From Callorhinchus milii (taxonomy: Eukaryota): a stretch of 64,000 bases of DNA. The translations under genes were made by a program, and so were the position numbers. The stretch covers positions 53,196,001 through 53,260,000 of the forward strand of contig NW_024704745.1 in NCBI RefSeq assembly GCF_018977255.1, in the 5' to 3' direction. This document shows, in pieces, positions 1-12,520 of this stretch; position 1 is the stretch's first letter, and every line of letters begins with the position of its first letter. The notes below the pieces were generated by a model. It had not been told where the DNA came from. It searched no databases and saw only the letters and a program-made list of their open reading frames with translations.

Positions 1-1168
1 TGGTATGAAGTGAATTGGCAACTTCCCAACTTCACACTGCCAGACACTTGAAGCACCAAAACAGAACCAAAGCTGAACACAATAGTATATCTTATACAAA
101 TATAACATGCACCTTTTTCTTTCATGTGTTTTTATTCAACACCTTTGAGCAATATCTTCAATGTGACTGCAGTTGTCCATACAGTAACCTCTCAGTCAGA
201 TTCAGGCCAGCACTGGGTTTATTTCTGAACCTCTTGGTGAGAGTTCTGCTTTGAAATAACTTCCAGATATGAATTCTTCTATAAATGAGATAGTGATTTT
301 CTGTACAACAATTCTTAATTAAAAATTATCCTAAGCATACATCACATCACAGATTTCTTGAGATCAGCCTAAATGAGCAAGACTATAAATAATGAAAGAA
401 CGACCAGTTGCTGTCAATTTTGTTCAACAGCATTTGAAAAACACACAGACTAGAAAACCTATTTCAAAAGAGCAAGCAATTCACCATCAGAGTTAATGCC
501 AGATACCTTTTAGGGATGTAATCTCAGAGTTCAGATAATGTCATTGGTCTTTTCTCTAATTGGCTATATCGTTTAATCCCCTTGATAGATAATGCTGCGG
601 TTCACTGAATGCTGCCAGTTAAAGCAATGCAATTGTCAGTTGGATTTGCTTTATTTCCTCAGCTTTCCTCAAATTGATCCTCAAAGTTCAGACAGGTGGC
701 ATGTTCTTTGGCCTTTGTCAACAATGATCTGGAATAACCCTCTGGGAGGTGTGAATTGACCACCAACCACACCGCCAGTTTGGTTTCCCTCCCTGTGTCT
801 CAGTAAGATGCCCGTCTGCACTCAATCTCCCAATGCTGGTCTGGATGCGGTCGGAAATTTGCTGCACTGACTATTGCAGTGTCATTGCAGAAATTATTAT
901 CCAAGCTGCAAAATAAAAACATATGAAAGATGTTATGTGAGCAGGATAGTTAGTAAGAAAATGGCCACAACTCAGCAGCACACCAGTAATGCAAATACAA
1001 TACAGCTGTTAACAGAAACGGACTTCGGGTATTTCCTCAAATCTGCAGCGATAAATATCAGGATTATTAATCTTCTAGGCTTGTGTTCTGAGCGCTCTGA
1101 GACACCATCCAGCGTTGAGAGTGCTATATAAATCCAAGTTGTTGTTGTTAGGTTCTCCCACACACATA

Positions 1169-2575
1169 CAACAACAACAACAACAACAAGATTCCATTTA
1201 TAAAGAGCCTTTCACGTCAGGAGGACGTCCCAAGGCGCTGCACAATTGGGTCATGACCCGAGCAGGGGGGAAATGGTCAGGGTGAGGGGAGGGGAGGGAG
1301 CGAGGAGGGGGGAAATGGTCAGGGTGAGGGGAGGGATGGGAGGGAGCGAGAAGGGGGAAGAGAGTCGAGAGGGGAGCTGAAGGCTCGGTCAAAGAGAAAG
1401 GTTTTGAGACCGGCCTTGAAGGAGGAGAGGGAGGAAGCAAGGCGAAGGCACTGGGGGATAGAGTTCCAGAGCCTCGGGGCTGAGAGGCTGAAGGCCCGAT
1501 CACCAATGGTAGGGCGATTGGGGCGGGGGACGTGGAGCAGACCGGAGCCGGAGGAACGGAGGGTACGGGCAGGTAGGTAGGGGATAGTAGGTTGGAGAGG
1601 TAGGAGGGAGCAAGGCCGTGAATGGCCTTGTAGGTGAGGGTGAGGATCTTGAAATCAATCCTCTGGGGGATGGGGAGCCAGTGGAGGTGAGCGAGGGTGG
1701 GAGTGATGTGGTCCCGAAGCCTGGTGCGGGACAGTACACAAGCTGCAGAGTTCTGAATGACCTGCAGCTTGTGGAGGGAGGTGGCGGGAAGGCCGGCGAG
1801 GAGAGAGTTCCCATAGTCCAGCCTTGAGGTGACAAAGGCGTGAACCAGGGTTTCAGCAGCGTGAGGGGTGAGGTAATGGCGTAGTCTGGCGATGTTCCGG
1901 AGGTGATGGAAGGCGGTGCCAGTTGTGGTGCGGATGTGAGGGAGAAAGGACAGCTCAGGGTCGAACAAAACGCCGAGGTTCCTGACTGGCTTTGAGAGGT
2001 GGAGAGTGCAGCCTTGGGTGTCATCCGCATACATGTGGAAGTTAACTCCATGTCTGCGGATGATGTCACCAAGGGGGAGCATGTAGAGGGTGAAGAGGAG
2101 GGGACCGAGGACAGAGCCCTGAGGGACTCCACATGAGACAGTACGGGGGGTGGAGGAGAAGCCATTCGTCGAGACAAGGTGAGAAAGGTACGACCTAAAC
2201 CACTCAAGGACAGTGCCTTGAAGGTTGAGGTGGGAGGACAAGCGGTGGAGTAGGATAGCGTGGTCGACCGTATCGAATGCTGCCGATAGGTCGAGGAGGA
2301 CGAGGAGACAGAGGGAGCCCTGGTCACAGATGGTCAGGATATCATTGGTGACCTTGACCAGGGCAGTTTCTGTGCTATGGGCAGCACGGAAACCTGACTG
2401 AAGGGGTTCGAAAAGAGAATGGGTGGAAAGGAAAGAGCGCAGTTGGGAGGCGACAACTTTTTCCAGGACCTTGGAGAGAAAGGGGAGGTTGGAGATGGGC
2501 CGGTAGCTTGATAGCTGCGACGCATCAAGGGCGGGTTTTTTCAGGGTGGGCGTGATGGTGGCAATTTTTAAGGGA
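1169..2575 (-). mobile_element. L2-clade LINE, 5'-truncated, degenerate RT with intact 3' tail
   Basis: RT motifs [61 protein letters not shown]; 3' stem-loop and (TTG)n tail; internal deletion after YADDTQ. Confidence 0.93.
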
Positions 2576-4019
2576 TAGGTGTGGAGCTTTATATGGGGGG
2601 AGAGACAGGATAACTTTGTGCTACCAATACATGTCCATTGTGCGTTTATAGCAGGTGGTATCGTGTACCACCCCCCATATGACTGAAGAATTGCGTGCTG
2701 CGTGCAAAATAATGAAATGTCGATCTCAACTCATTCTGTTCCTTGTTTAAGGACCAGGTTTAAAATGTAATTTGAAGTGGAACACACCACCCCATCCCTG
2801 ACTTCTGAAAACTAATAATAATCCTTGCATTTGACATTATCATGTCTTTGAGACGCTTCAAAGTGCTTCACAGAATACACTGTAAAGAGAATGACTGCAC
2901 ATTTTGTGAGCGAAATGCGGCAGCCAATTGCGCTTACAGTGTACCACAAACAGTTGTAGATTGAGTGACCATTTTTTTTTGGAAGGAATTATTGCCCCCA
3001 GAAAAGCGATCCGCCAATCGACTAACAATTGGGTTCCTCCTTATTGCTAGGTAAACAGAGGTGTGTGAAGTAAGGAAATTTGCCCAACATTTCACCCTGC
3101 CAGGAATTGAACCTAGGTCTCTTGCTTACGAGTCGAATGGTTACTCTGGTTTCTCTGGTTAGCAAAGATTATTCTCAAGCACCCCAAATGCCTTTTCTAT
3201 GTTTGTTCAAGGGATATTGACCTATTTCTATTTGAGATAGGACAGTGTTCTATGAATAATCCCAATGAGGACATGTTTCATGCTCACAAACAGTAAGGGA
3301 AGCCATGCTGAAATGATCCCGAATATCCCATTATATTTGTGTTTCTTCCCTTAATCTGAAATCAGGGTCTTGTCAGCGACCACTGTCAATGACTAACAGG
3401 TTCAGTTAATGTCAACTTGCCTCGTTCATTTTAGATGGATCATTTGGGGCATTTTGGAAATTCCTTGGAGTTTCAAGGCACCCATTTGAACTGAGCAGTT
3501 TCTACCTCCCCATTATACCCTAATAACCTTGTGAGCATGAGTTAATTGGTATCTAATCCCCTGAAGAAACAGCAGAAATTCCCATAATGCATGCATCCCA
3601 TAACCATTGCAAAATACAGTACTTTATTAAAAGACCACAACTAACTTAATCAGTCTTACATTTAAATCTCCTGTGTGCATTCCAATACTCCATGTGGGAG
3701 GGATTGTCTGAATAATATGATTCATTCAAGTGATGCTGTCTGTTAAGCAGCCTGATACCAAGTAATATTAAGTTGATGAAGGTTTTGCTGCTTATTAACA
3801 GAGACATCAACTTGATTTTTTTTATTGCTGATCAGTTATATGGTCAATGGGATTATTTTCCCACTAATTAATTACTTAATTAATAACTAGCATTAATTAG
3901 AAATTCTAACATCACAATTTAAAGATTATGCATATTGCCTGCTTATTAATGCTTTGGCTGATGGGATTCAGGATGCTAGGGATTTGGATCCACAACTTCA
4001 GGTCCCAAGGAGAACCTAC

Positions 4020-4109
4020 TTTTAGCTCCCTCAAGATAAATTTGTTTTTATACAACTGATTAATTTTATCAGGCAGAGTGAATCCACCAGGACCTTCAAG
4101 CCCCAAGTC
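4020..4109 (-). CDS. Candidate exon D, 90 nt (DLGLEGPGGFTLPDKINQLYKNKFILRELK)
   Basis: Acceptor gtgtag| and donor AAA|gtaggt, phase 0-0; only protein-like composition supports it otherwise. Confidence 0.45.
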
Positions 4110-5940
4110 CTACACACAACCCACTAAAATATTAGCTAATTAAAATCTCTCAGCCATACCAATACAAATGTAAGTACATGGAGATTCAACAGAGCAAATC
4201 ATCAATTTAGTGCATAGCAGCTGCTACAACAACCAACAAAACTGTAATGAATCGGATCAGAAGGTTGAAGCAAATAGGGTAATAATAATCCTTGCATTTG
4301 ATATAGTGCCTTATCCTGTTGTTGAACTGTCTCAAAGTGCTTCAGGGAATAAATTACAAAGTCGATTGACTGTATTTTTGTCTTTAAAAGAGCCAGTACA
4401 GGCCAGATGGTATAAATGACCTTCTTCTGTGCTGTAAATTTCTATGGTTTTAAGTTTTGATGTCCAATCATCACAGTTAGCTAGGATGTTGATAAGGCAG
4501 TACTACTGGCCTGAACAACCCTGGGCTATAAAGAGGAAAAATCAGCCAGGATTCCAATTCCCGATTGTGATCACTGCTGGAAAGTACTCATGTGTAGACT
4601 TTGGGTGAGGACAGCATTGATTGACTTCAGCTACAGTAGCCCTCAGTGGGTTGTGTACTGACACTCACTGTCGAGGCTCACTATACATGGACAGGATAGG
4701 CGGACTGAGCGGAGCTGTGCTGCAGTTTAAATTGGGGGATAAGAGAAAAAATTGAACCAAGAGCAAAAAAGGAAATGTCTTTTGAACAACGGTCTCCTTT
4801 TCTGTTCCCTCTCTACATGACCCTGTCTTCCCTGTATTTTCTCAAAGAACTTTTATTTGAAGTTGGCCTACCTTCCTTTTTGATTTCTCAACAACAACTT
4901 GTAGGTAGCGTCCCAGAGCGCTTGACAGTGGCGGAGCACAACTCTGAACCGGGGGGGAGGTGCGGGGGGTGACAATAGGCACAGTCGAAGAGGAAGGCTT
5001 TACTCTTTTTTTTACTCCTCTTTACATTATTCCATTTCCCGCGTATTGCTTTTCATTCTTGCTCCTCGGTTTTACTTTACTGCTCACTGAGTCATTCTCT
5101 CAGTGTTGCAAACATTCAGGACTCTAAGTCCAAACCCTGCGGTAAACTAGACTGAAATCTGCATAGTCGCATTTATTTTATCTGTGACCACAATCGAATG
5201 ACACATGATCTCAGTTTGGGTTCGAAAGTACAGTTAGTAGTGCAGTTAACCACTCTGTTGAAAACTGAAAGACCGGTTTATTCTGTTTACCGGAATTTAT
5301 AATAATAATCCTTGCATTTGATAGAGTGCCTTATCACGTCTTCCAGATGTCTCGAAGCATTTCACAGAATATACTGTAAAGTGAATTGACTGTATATTTT
5401 GTGGGCAAAATGTGGCAGCCAATTGCACACAGTAGTGTCCCACAAACAGTCGTGGATTGAGTGACCAAATAAAAATATTTTTTTATTATTAGGACCTCTA
5501 TTTATTTATTTATTTATTATTAGCACACTCTGGAACTCCATCCCACGATCCCTTCGCCTTGCTTCCTTCCTTGCCTCCTTCAAGAACTCCCACCTCTCTG
5601 CCTTCCCTCACTCCTGCGCTTTGGGATGTCCTCCCGACGTGAAAGGCGCTCTACAAATGTAATTTTGTTGTTACTGTGAACAGACGAACCAAAGTCACTT
5701 ATATTCTATATTTAAAGCTTGTTTACTTAATAAGTTATAGAAGTTGCATTAGTTCAATAAACAAAGTTACAATAAGCAGGGTTATTTACTACCAACAATA
5801 TTAGCTGTTATGCTCACTTATAGCAATGCCACTGTGATGACAATATCTAAATTCATAAGCAGTATGCATAAATCTCAAAATCTCTTGCTTATCATTGAGC
5901 TGGAACTAGCAAGAGTTGACTCTGGAATTGGCATGCTGAT

Positions 5941-6497
5941 AATAACAACAAAATTACATTTGTAAAGTGTCTTTCACGTCAGGAGGATGTCCCAAGGTGC
6001 TGGACAGACAGAGTTTCGGACCTGAGCTGGAGGTCGGGGAGAATGGAGGATGGGGGGAAAGCAGGGAGATCGAAAGCACGGTCAAAGAGGAGGGTCTTGA
6101 GATGGATCTTGAAGGTGGCAAGGGAGGGGGCGAGGCGGAGGGACTGCAGGATGGAGTTCCAGAGGATGGGGGCAGACTGGCAGAAGGCCCCTCTGACAAT
6201 AGTGGGGCGAGCAAGGCAGGGGACATCAAGCAGACCGGAGCTCACTGAGCGGAGGGAGTGAGCAGGATGGTAGGGGATAGGAGGTCGCAGAGGTAGGGGG
6301 GGAGCAAGACCATGGAGGGCTTTCAAGGTGAGGACCAGGATCTTTAACTGTATCCTTTGTGTGATGGGAAGCCAGTAGAGTCGGGTGAGGATGGGGTTGA
6401 TAGGGTCGCGGAGCCAAGTGCAGGAGAGGACACAGGCTGCAGAGTTCTGGATGATCTGCAGCCTATGGAGGGAGGAGTTGGGGAGGCCGACAAGCAA
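5941..6497 (-). mobile_element. L2 LINE 3' fragment
   Basis: [21 protein letters not shown]...LYWLP...LWNS plus the family tail. Confidence 0.9.
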
Positions 6498-6542
6498 TGA
6501 GCAATGATAATAGCGGGCATAGAATTTGGGAACCAAAAGTAC

Positions 6543-6729
6543 TTGTTTCCAGCAGTTGTGTTTTAGTTGTATCCTGAATCGTCAGTTTTTCTTCTTTTCT
6601 ACTTTCTTGTGATGATGCTGGAATTGTTAGAAAAATTGGGGTTGAATGGCTTGAATCACAGAGCGAGGGAAGTGAAAGATGCATTTGCTCTCGCCACCTT
6701 AGTCCAAACACCATGATGACCAATTCTGA
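6543..6729 (-). CDS. Candidate exon C (SELVIMVFGLRWREQMHLSLPSLCDSSHSTPIFLTIPASSQESRKEEKLTIQDTTKTQLLET); donor uncertain
   Basis: Strong acceptor actttttttcag|, open in phase 0 after exon B; lies in the frame of ORF 6463-6723. Confidence 0.55.
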
Positions 6730-6864
6730 CTGAAAAAAAGTACAGTAGAACTCACATAAGTCATATCAGTTGGGTCAATCAGTTGTGAAGCGCTCTGGGA
6801 TGCTACCCATGAGAAGGGCGCTATATAAATGCAAGTTGTTGTTGATCAACATTTAATGACTTAC

Positions 6865-6916
6865 GTGAAGTCCGAGTTGCAGGCAAGCTTTAAGAAAATC
6901 CGATGTAATCAATAAT
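6865..6916 (-). CDS. Candidate exon B (LLITSDFLKACLQLGLH)
   Basis: Acceptor gtgtag| and perfect donor CAC|gtaagt; phase 2 to 0. Confidence 0.55.
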
Positions 6917-7563
6917 CTACACTGCATATGTGTAATTTAAGGCAGCCGGTAAGTACACATGCGATCATTCGGCACTGCACATGCGGTGATGGGTCAAGAC
7001 TACATTTTCCACGACTCAATGCTGTCAACTGGTAGGTGTGCAGACATCCACAGGTCAGGACTTAATTTTCCGTGATTCAATGCAGCTGGTAAGTGTGAGT
7101 GTAATAGAGGGTAGGTGTGAGGCATTATGAGTTAGAAAGTGATTAATCCAAGTAGGGTAAAGAAATCTAAGTGGTTTTGATAAGAAACTGAATGGGACTC
7201 AGGTGAATGTATGAATTAGGTGACGATACGATTTACAAAGATTAAAGCTTTTACTGTATACCTCTTTTATCATTGTCCCTTTTTAACAGCAAGATGGATG
7301 GTCCGTGCAAATCTGGTAGCTGTTTACAAGCTGCTTCAAACAAGCGGCGACTGTCTTAGGCTACAGTATCCATGAGCTGATTTTGCTTAAAACAATGCAA
7401 AACCATTAGATCAACAATTAGTGAGTGAGCTGCACCTGTAATAAAGACAGTTCTTACTTCTGAACTAATTTAACTCTTCAAGGCTCACTTTCCACATAAC
7501 AATTTATCGAAGTTTACACCAACTACCCCGTAACATACGTTATGTTTAGAGACTCTACAGTTT

Positions 7564-7998
7564 AATAACAACAAAATGACATTTGTAAAGCGCCTTTCGG
7601 TCGGGAGGACTTCCCAAGGCGCTGGACAGTCAGTGTTTTGGACCTAAGCTGAGGGTCGGGATTGGGGAGGGTGGAGGGCAGAGGGTGGAGGAAGCAGGTT
7701 TATCGAAAGCACGGTCGAAGAGGAGTGTCTTGAGATGGGTCTTGAAGGAGGTAAGGGAGGGGGCGAGGTGGAGGAACTGTGGGATGCAGTTTCAGAGGGT
7801 GGGGTCAGAGTGGCTGAAGGCCCGCCCGCCAATGGTGGGGTGAGCCTGCCGGGGGCCGTGAGGCAGGACAGAGCCCGCTGAGAGAAGGCAGCGAAGGGGG
7901 TGATAAGGTCACGAAGCCTAGTGCGGGAGAGGACTCGGGCTACAGAGTTCTGGATGATCTGCAACCTATGGAGGGAGGAGTTAGGGAGGCTGACAAGC
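7564..7998 (-). mobile_element. L2 LINE 3' fragment (mosaic); a further RT piece lies at about 8757-8858
   Basis: Same tail and C-terminal motifs; a [12 protein letters not shown] fragment lies on the far side of the duplicated block. Confidence 0.85.
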
Positions 7999-8757
7999 AA
8001 TGAGCAATGATAACAGCGGACATAGAATTCAGGAACCAAAAGTACTTGTTTCCAGCAGTTGTGTTTCAGTTGTATCCTGTGTTGTCAATTCTTCTTCTCT
8101 TTTACTTTCTTGTGATGATGCTGGAATCGTTAGAACAATTGGGGTTGAATGGCTTGAATCACAGAGCGAGGGAAGTGAAAGATGCATTTGCTCTCGCCAC
8201 CTTAGTCCAAACACCATGATGACCAACTCGGACCGAACAAAGTACAGTAGATCTCACGTAAGTCATATCAGTTGGGTCAATCAGTTGTGAAGCACTCTGG
8301 GATTCTACCCCATGTGAAGGGCGCTTTATAATAAGAATAATCCTTGCATTTGATATAGGGCTTTTCACATTTTCTCGACGTCTTAAAGCGCTTCACAGAA
8401 TATGCTGTAAAGTGAATTGACTGTATATTTGTAGGCGAAACACGACAGCCAATCGTGCACAGCAATGTCCCACAAACAGTCGTGGATTGAAAATGATCAA
8501 TTTATTATTGTTTTTGTTTTGGAGGGATTATTATTAAGCGTTTATAAATGCAAGTTGTTGTTGTTGACCAACATTTAATGACTTACGCGAAGTCCGAGTT
8601 GCAGGCAAATTATAAGAAAATCCAATGTAATTAAATAATCTATACTGCATACGTGTAATTTAATGCAGCCGGTAAGTGCACATGCGATCGTTTGGCACTG
8701 CAGCTGGTTAACTGCACATGCGGTGATGGGTCAAGACTACGTTGCCCACGATTCAAT
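7895..8757 (-). pseudogene. Local duplicate of about 6393-7020 carrying pseudo-exon copies of B and C, with a later SINE insertion (about 8330-8540)
   Basis: High similarity by eye. Exon B copy (8587-8639) has a 1-nt insertion; the exon C acceptor changed from ttttcag|TCAG to tgttcgg|TCCG. Confidence 0.8.
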
Positions 8758-9501
8758 TCTGGTCCAAGAGTCAAGGATGGAGGCAGAGAGATAGTGTGTC
8801 ACCCGCAATCGTGTGGAAGTTGACCCCATGTCTGCGGATGATGTCACCAAGAGGGACTTCAGTCGATTCTGATTACGCTTACAAATCATTTCAATACGGA
8901 CAAGCATGTGATAAACAACATTCACCTGATCAAACAACCAATTTAATATTAAGACTGTCCTTCCGTAAGTTAGCTAACAAACAAGCATTTCTAACTGAAC
9001 CAAAATAATATAAGCAATAACATATTTCAACATATAACACCATTTTTATTGTTCCTCATTACATTGTGTTCATCAACAAATACACAGTGACTACACTTTA
9101 CAAAGAACTCTGGGAAGCCCTTTGAGATATTTCAAAGTGGCACGGTCTATATCAGATTGCAAAGATTATTTATTATCATTGAAGCATTTCACAGCAGTTC
9201 CTGTAGTGACTGTCTTTGTAGACCAGCACTGGAGCCATTTGCACCCAGTCCTACAAACAACCAGAAGGTGAATCAGTAATTTATTGCAGGAGTTTTGGCC
9301 AAGAGAAACTCCCTTCTCTTGTGAATACTGCCATGGAATCTTTAATGTCCATTTGAACTTTGACAGACATTGTAAAAGTGCAAATTGTTGTGCAAATTGT
9401 TGTTGTAGATTTTAAGTTTTTATTACAAGAAGCTTCAATTAAATCATGTAAAAGTATAGCTCCCTCCAGTGGCAAAAAAATGCAAACTACAGTACAAAGA
9501 C

Positions 9502-9629
9502 CTGATTGGCCCAGACTCAGAAAGCAGGTTCAGAACCTCAGACCTGTGGAATTTTGAAACCTCTGGTATGTCTGGAAAATCAATTTGTATTGCAAATTTT
9601 TGAATTTGATTCATGAAACCATTTTCCAT
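9502..9629 (-). CDS. Candidate exon A of an unidentified minus-strand gene (MENGFMNQIQKFAIQIDFPDIPEVSKFHRSEVLNLLSESGPI-R)
   Basis: Unique sequence, open frame, aag|ATG at the start and a weak donor AG|gtcttt; ends in phase 2, matching the next candidate exon. Confidence 0.45.
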
Positions 9630-10699
9630 CTTTGCATTCCAATAATAGTAAGAAATTTCCACACATTTAGCTACTGTGTGCCCAGTGATTTTATTTTTCA
9701 AAAAGATGCCATCTGTGGAAAAATTGAAACTTTTGACCTGAAATCAATGCCAACAAAAGGTGTGTTGCCATTGATTTCTGCAAAACATCTCAAGCAAAAG
9801 AACAAAACAGAATCTAAGTTCTAGTCCGGTTTCAGGATTGATTATATTTATGGAAGGAAGTTTCTCCTGGTCTTCTGGCCAACAATCCCCCATATAACAT
9901 TGGTCATTCGCTTCTTGGCAGTTCTTGGGACATTGTGTGCAAATTGGATATTGCATTCACCTACAAATTGCACAGTCACTATTCGTTTTGGGCTTGTAAT
10001 CAAATGCCTCTGAAAATTGTGTCAATTCCCTGCAAAAGAACGAATATAAAACTGATGACCATCTTCAGAAGGTGTTTTTCCAGGACATCACTTCACACCC
10101 TCTCCAGCTATGATGGAACCAGTGAGAATCCACTCCGGTTCTACTCAAAAATGGTTCCTTAAAAATTATTGGGCAATCCAGCATGAAAGACAACAATTTG
10201 CTTTTATGTTGTGCAACTCAGATCTCTCAGCTCCACCAAGAGCAATTGATAGCTTGAAGTATAAATCCAGGCTGTCTCTCTGAATCATTCCACTAGTGTG
10301 CAAAACAGACACCAGTTAACTCATCAAAGAATTCCAGTAGACTTATGAGGCATGACCTTGTAAATTCATACTGCTAACTCTTCCGCATCTATGCTTTTTA
10401 GATGGAGAAATTCCCCTCCATTCCAGATTTAATCTACTTATGTAGCATTTCAGACCATCCACAATTTACCAAATTCTTAAATACAGCCTTAATTTTTAAA
10501 TCATTTTTCATTTTTGAAATACTTTTATTTACAATGACAGTAAATAATTAAAATAAACAATATCAACCAAACCCATGAAATAAAAAATTAGGACAAAGAT
10601 GTGAATAAACCAACAACAACAACAAAATTGCATTTCATGTCGGGAAGACATCCAAAGGCACTGATAATAAATGGGAGGGCATATATTTAAAATAATTTG

Positions 10700-10968
10700 C
10701 AAAAGAACCAGAGGGGAGACAAGGAAAAAAACAATTACAAAGTGAGTTGTTATGATCTAGAATGTACTGCCTGAATAGGGTGGTGGAAGCAGATTCAAAA
10801 ATAACTTTCAGAAGACAATTGGATATACACTTGAATATAAAAAAAATGCAAGGCTACGGGGACAGAGCAAGGGTGTGGGACTAATTGAATAGCTCTTTTA
10901 ATGAGCCAACAAAGCCACGATTGGCCGAATGGCATCCTTCTGTACTGTAGGATTCTATGATTTATGAT
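10700..10968 (+). mobile_element. CR1-clade LINE 3' end; similar pieces at about 29880-29990(+), 32557-32640(-), 59900-60125(+)
   Basis: GGCCGAATGGC.TCCTTCTGT.CTGT followed by an ATTCTATG-type terminal repeat. Confidence 0.75.
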
Positions 10969-11484
10969 TCAGTTAGTAGCACTGATTTAGAATATTGTGG
11001 ATTCAAACCCCACTTTGGGTCTTTGAGCTCAAGCCATTCACGTCATTGCTGTTGGCGAGACATTGGCTGCCGCCTTCACCCACAAATTACAAGTCACTAC
11101 ACATTACAATAAATCCTGTGAAGTGCCTTCAGACTTCCTTCAGACATGAAAGCCCTTATATCAAATGCAAGGTTTTTAAAATTTAGATTAACTGAACAAT
11201 CATTTCCAGTTTCATCTCACATTCCTCAGTCCTCAGGTCCATCTCTGATAGACATGCAGTTCCTAAAACTATTAACCAGAATCTTAGGTATTTCCTATTG
11301 CAAGAAGTTTATCTTTTAGTCAGCCGGGTGTCTGATACATGCAGAAACTCATCACCATGCTTAATAACCATGCCAGTCTGAGAGTTCCACATGTGCAACA
11401 TGCACATGGAATTTTCCCTATGTCTGGAATGGAATGAGCACTCTTTCCCTGGAGCGATGCATCCTGCTTATCTAATTCTATAGA

Positions 11485-11661
11485 GACCGTGCCTTCAGCT
11501 CCCCTCTCAACTCTCTACCGCCTCCTCGCTCCCTCACTTCCCTCCCCTCACCCTGACCATTTCCCCCCTGCTCGGGTCCTGACCCAACTGTACAGCGCCT
11601 TGGGACGTCCTCCCAATGTGAAAGGCGCTCTATAAATGGAATCTTGTTGTTGTTGTTGTTG
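11485..11661 (+). mobile_element. Short L2 3'-end insertion; similar short tails at about 5525-5672(+), 16420-16500(+), 21536-21605(-), 34590-34815(+), 58545-58770(-), 63012-63165(-), 63587-63723(-)
   Basis: GCGCCTTGGGACGTCCTCC..GTGAAAGGCGC stem-loop followed by (TTG)n. Confidence 0.85.
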
Positions 11662-12468
11662 TAGGTGCAGGTTGGCAAGAGCCAAGGCTTTGGACTCCAG
11701 ATTGTATGTTGAGGTAATGTTGGAGATTCGCGAGCTGTAACCTCATAGCTTGCCTTTGAAACCACTGTCTGGCAAGCTTCCTGCTGCTTGTCTAGCTAGG
11801 ACCACCCTGCTTATTAGGACTTTGGCTTATAGGGTTAAGCCAAGTGGGAAGAAACCATGTTGCCAGTATCTTTCCCTCTAAGTTCTATTGATGCAGTAGG
11901 CTCGCTGTGCTGTCAATCAGCAGTGCCCCGGAGCACGGTCCTGCCTGGCTCAGGAACCAGACTACTGAGACAAAGGGTTGGCTCAATTCTGATGTTCCAC
12001 TGGCAACCATCTCACTTTGGAGACATCTCAGTTCCGAAGAGACATAGATAAATAAAAAGGGAGCACGATATCCTCAGGCTTACAGTAATTCATTTATAAC
12101 AATGTTCAATAAATACTTTTATTTCCCCTTAATTGACTATGACTTGTGGAAATTGCAAATTACAATGTTGATATTTTAGTGTGGATGCTATCACAGCATG
12201 AAGCCCATTTTCCATGTGGATTGGGAAAATTTTTCATTGGGCTGTGGAGAATGGGGATTTTGTGCTTCTTTACCAGATACTGGCCAGCAAGTAATTTTAG
12301 AAGGATAAAAAATTAAATTTAATAAAAGCCATTCTCAAAGCTGGGAATCCAAAGCTAGAATAAAAACAAAGATGGGCTCTATCTCTATTCTGAAAAACCT
12401 GGTGAGAAATAATTTGCTTCAAATCAGGGTCTTTAATCCCAAAATAGACATTGAGAGCATGTTTTAAG

Positions 12469-12520
12469 AACATATTTTAACAACATATTTTAACAACATA
12501 TTTTAACAACATATTTTAAC
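12469..12520 (+). repeat. 13-bp tandem repeat (AACATATTTTAAC) x4
   Basis: Direct inspection. Confidence 0.92.

Noticed and set aside
1198-2528. Autonomous, functional reverse transcriptase gene
   Set aside because: Frameshifts, internal deletion and 5' truncation.
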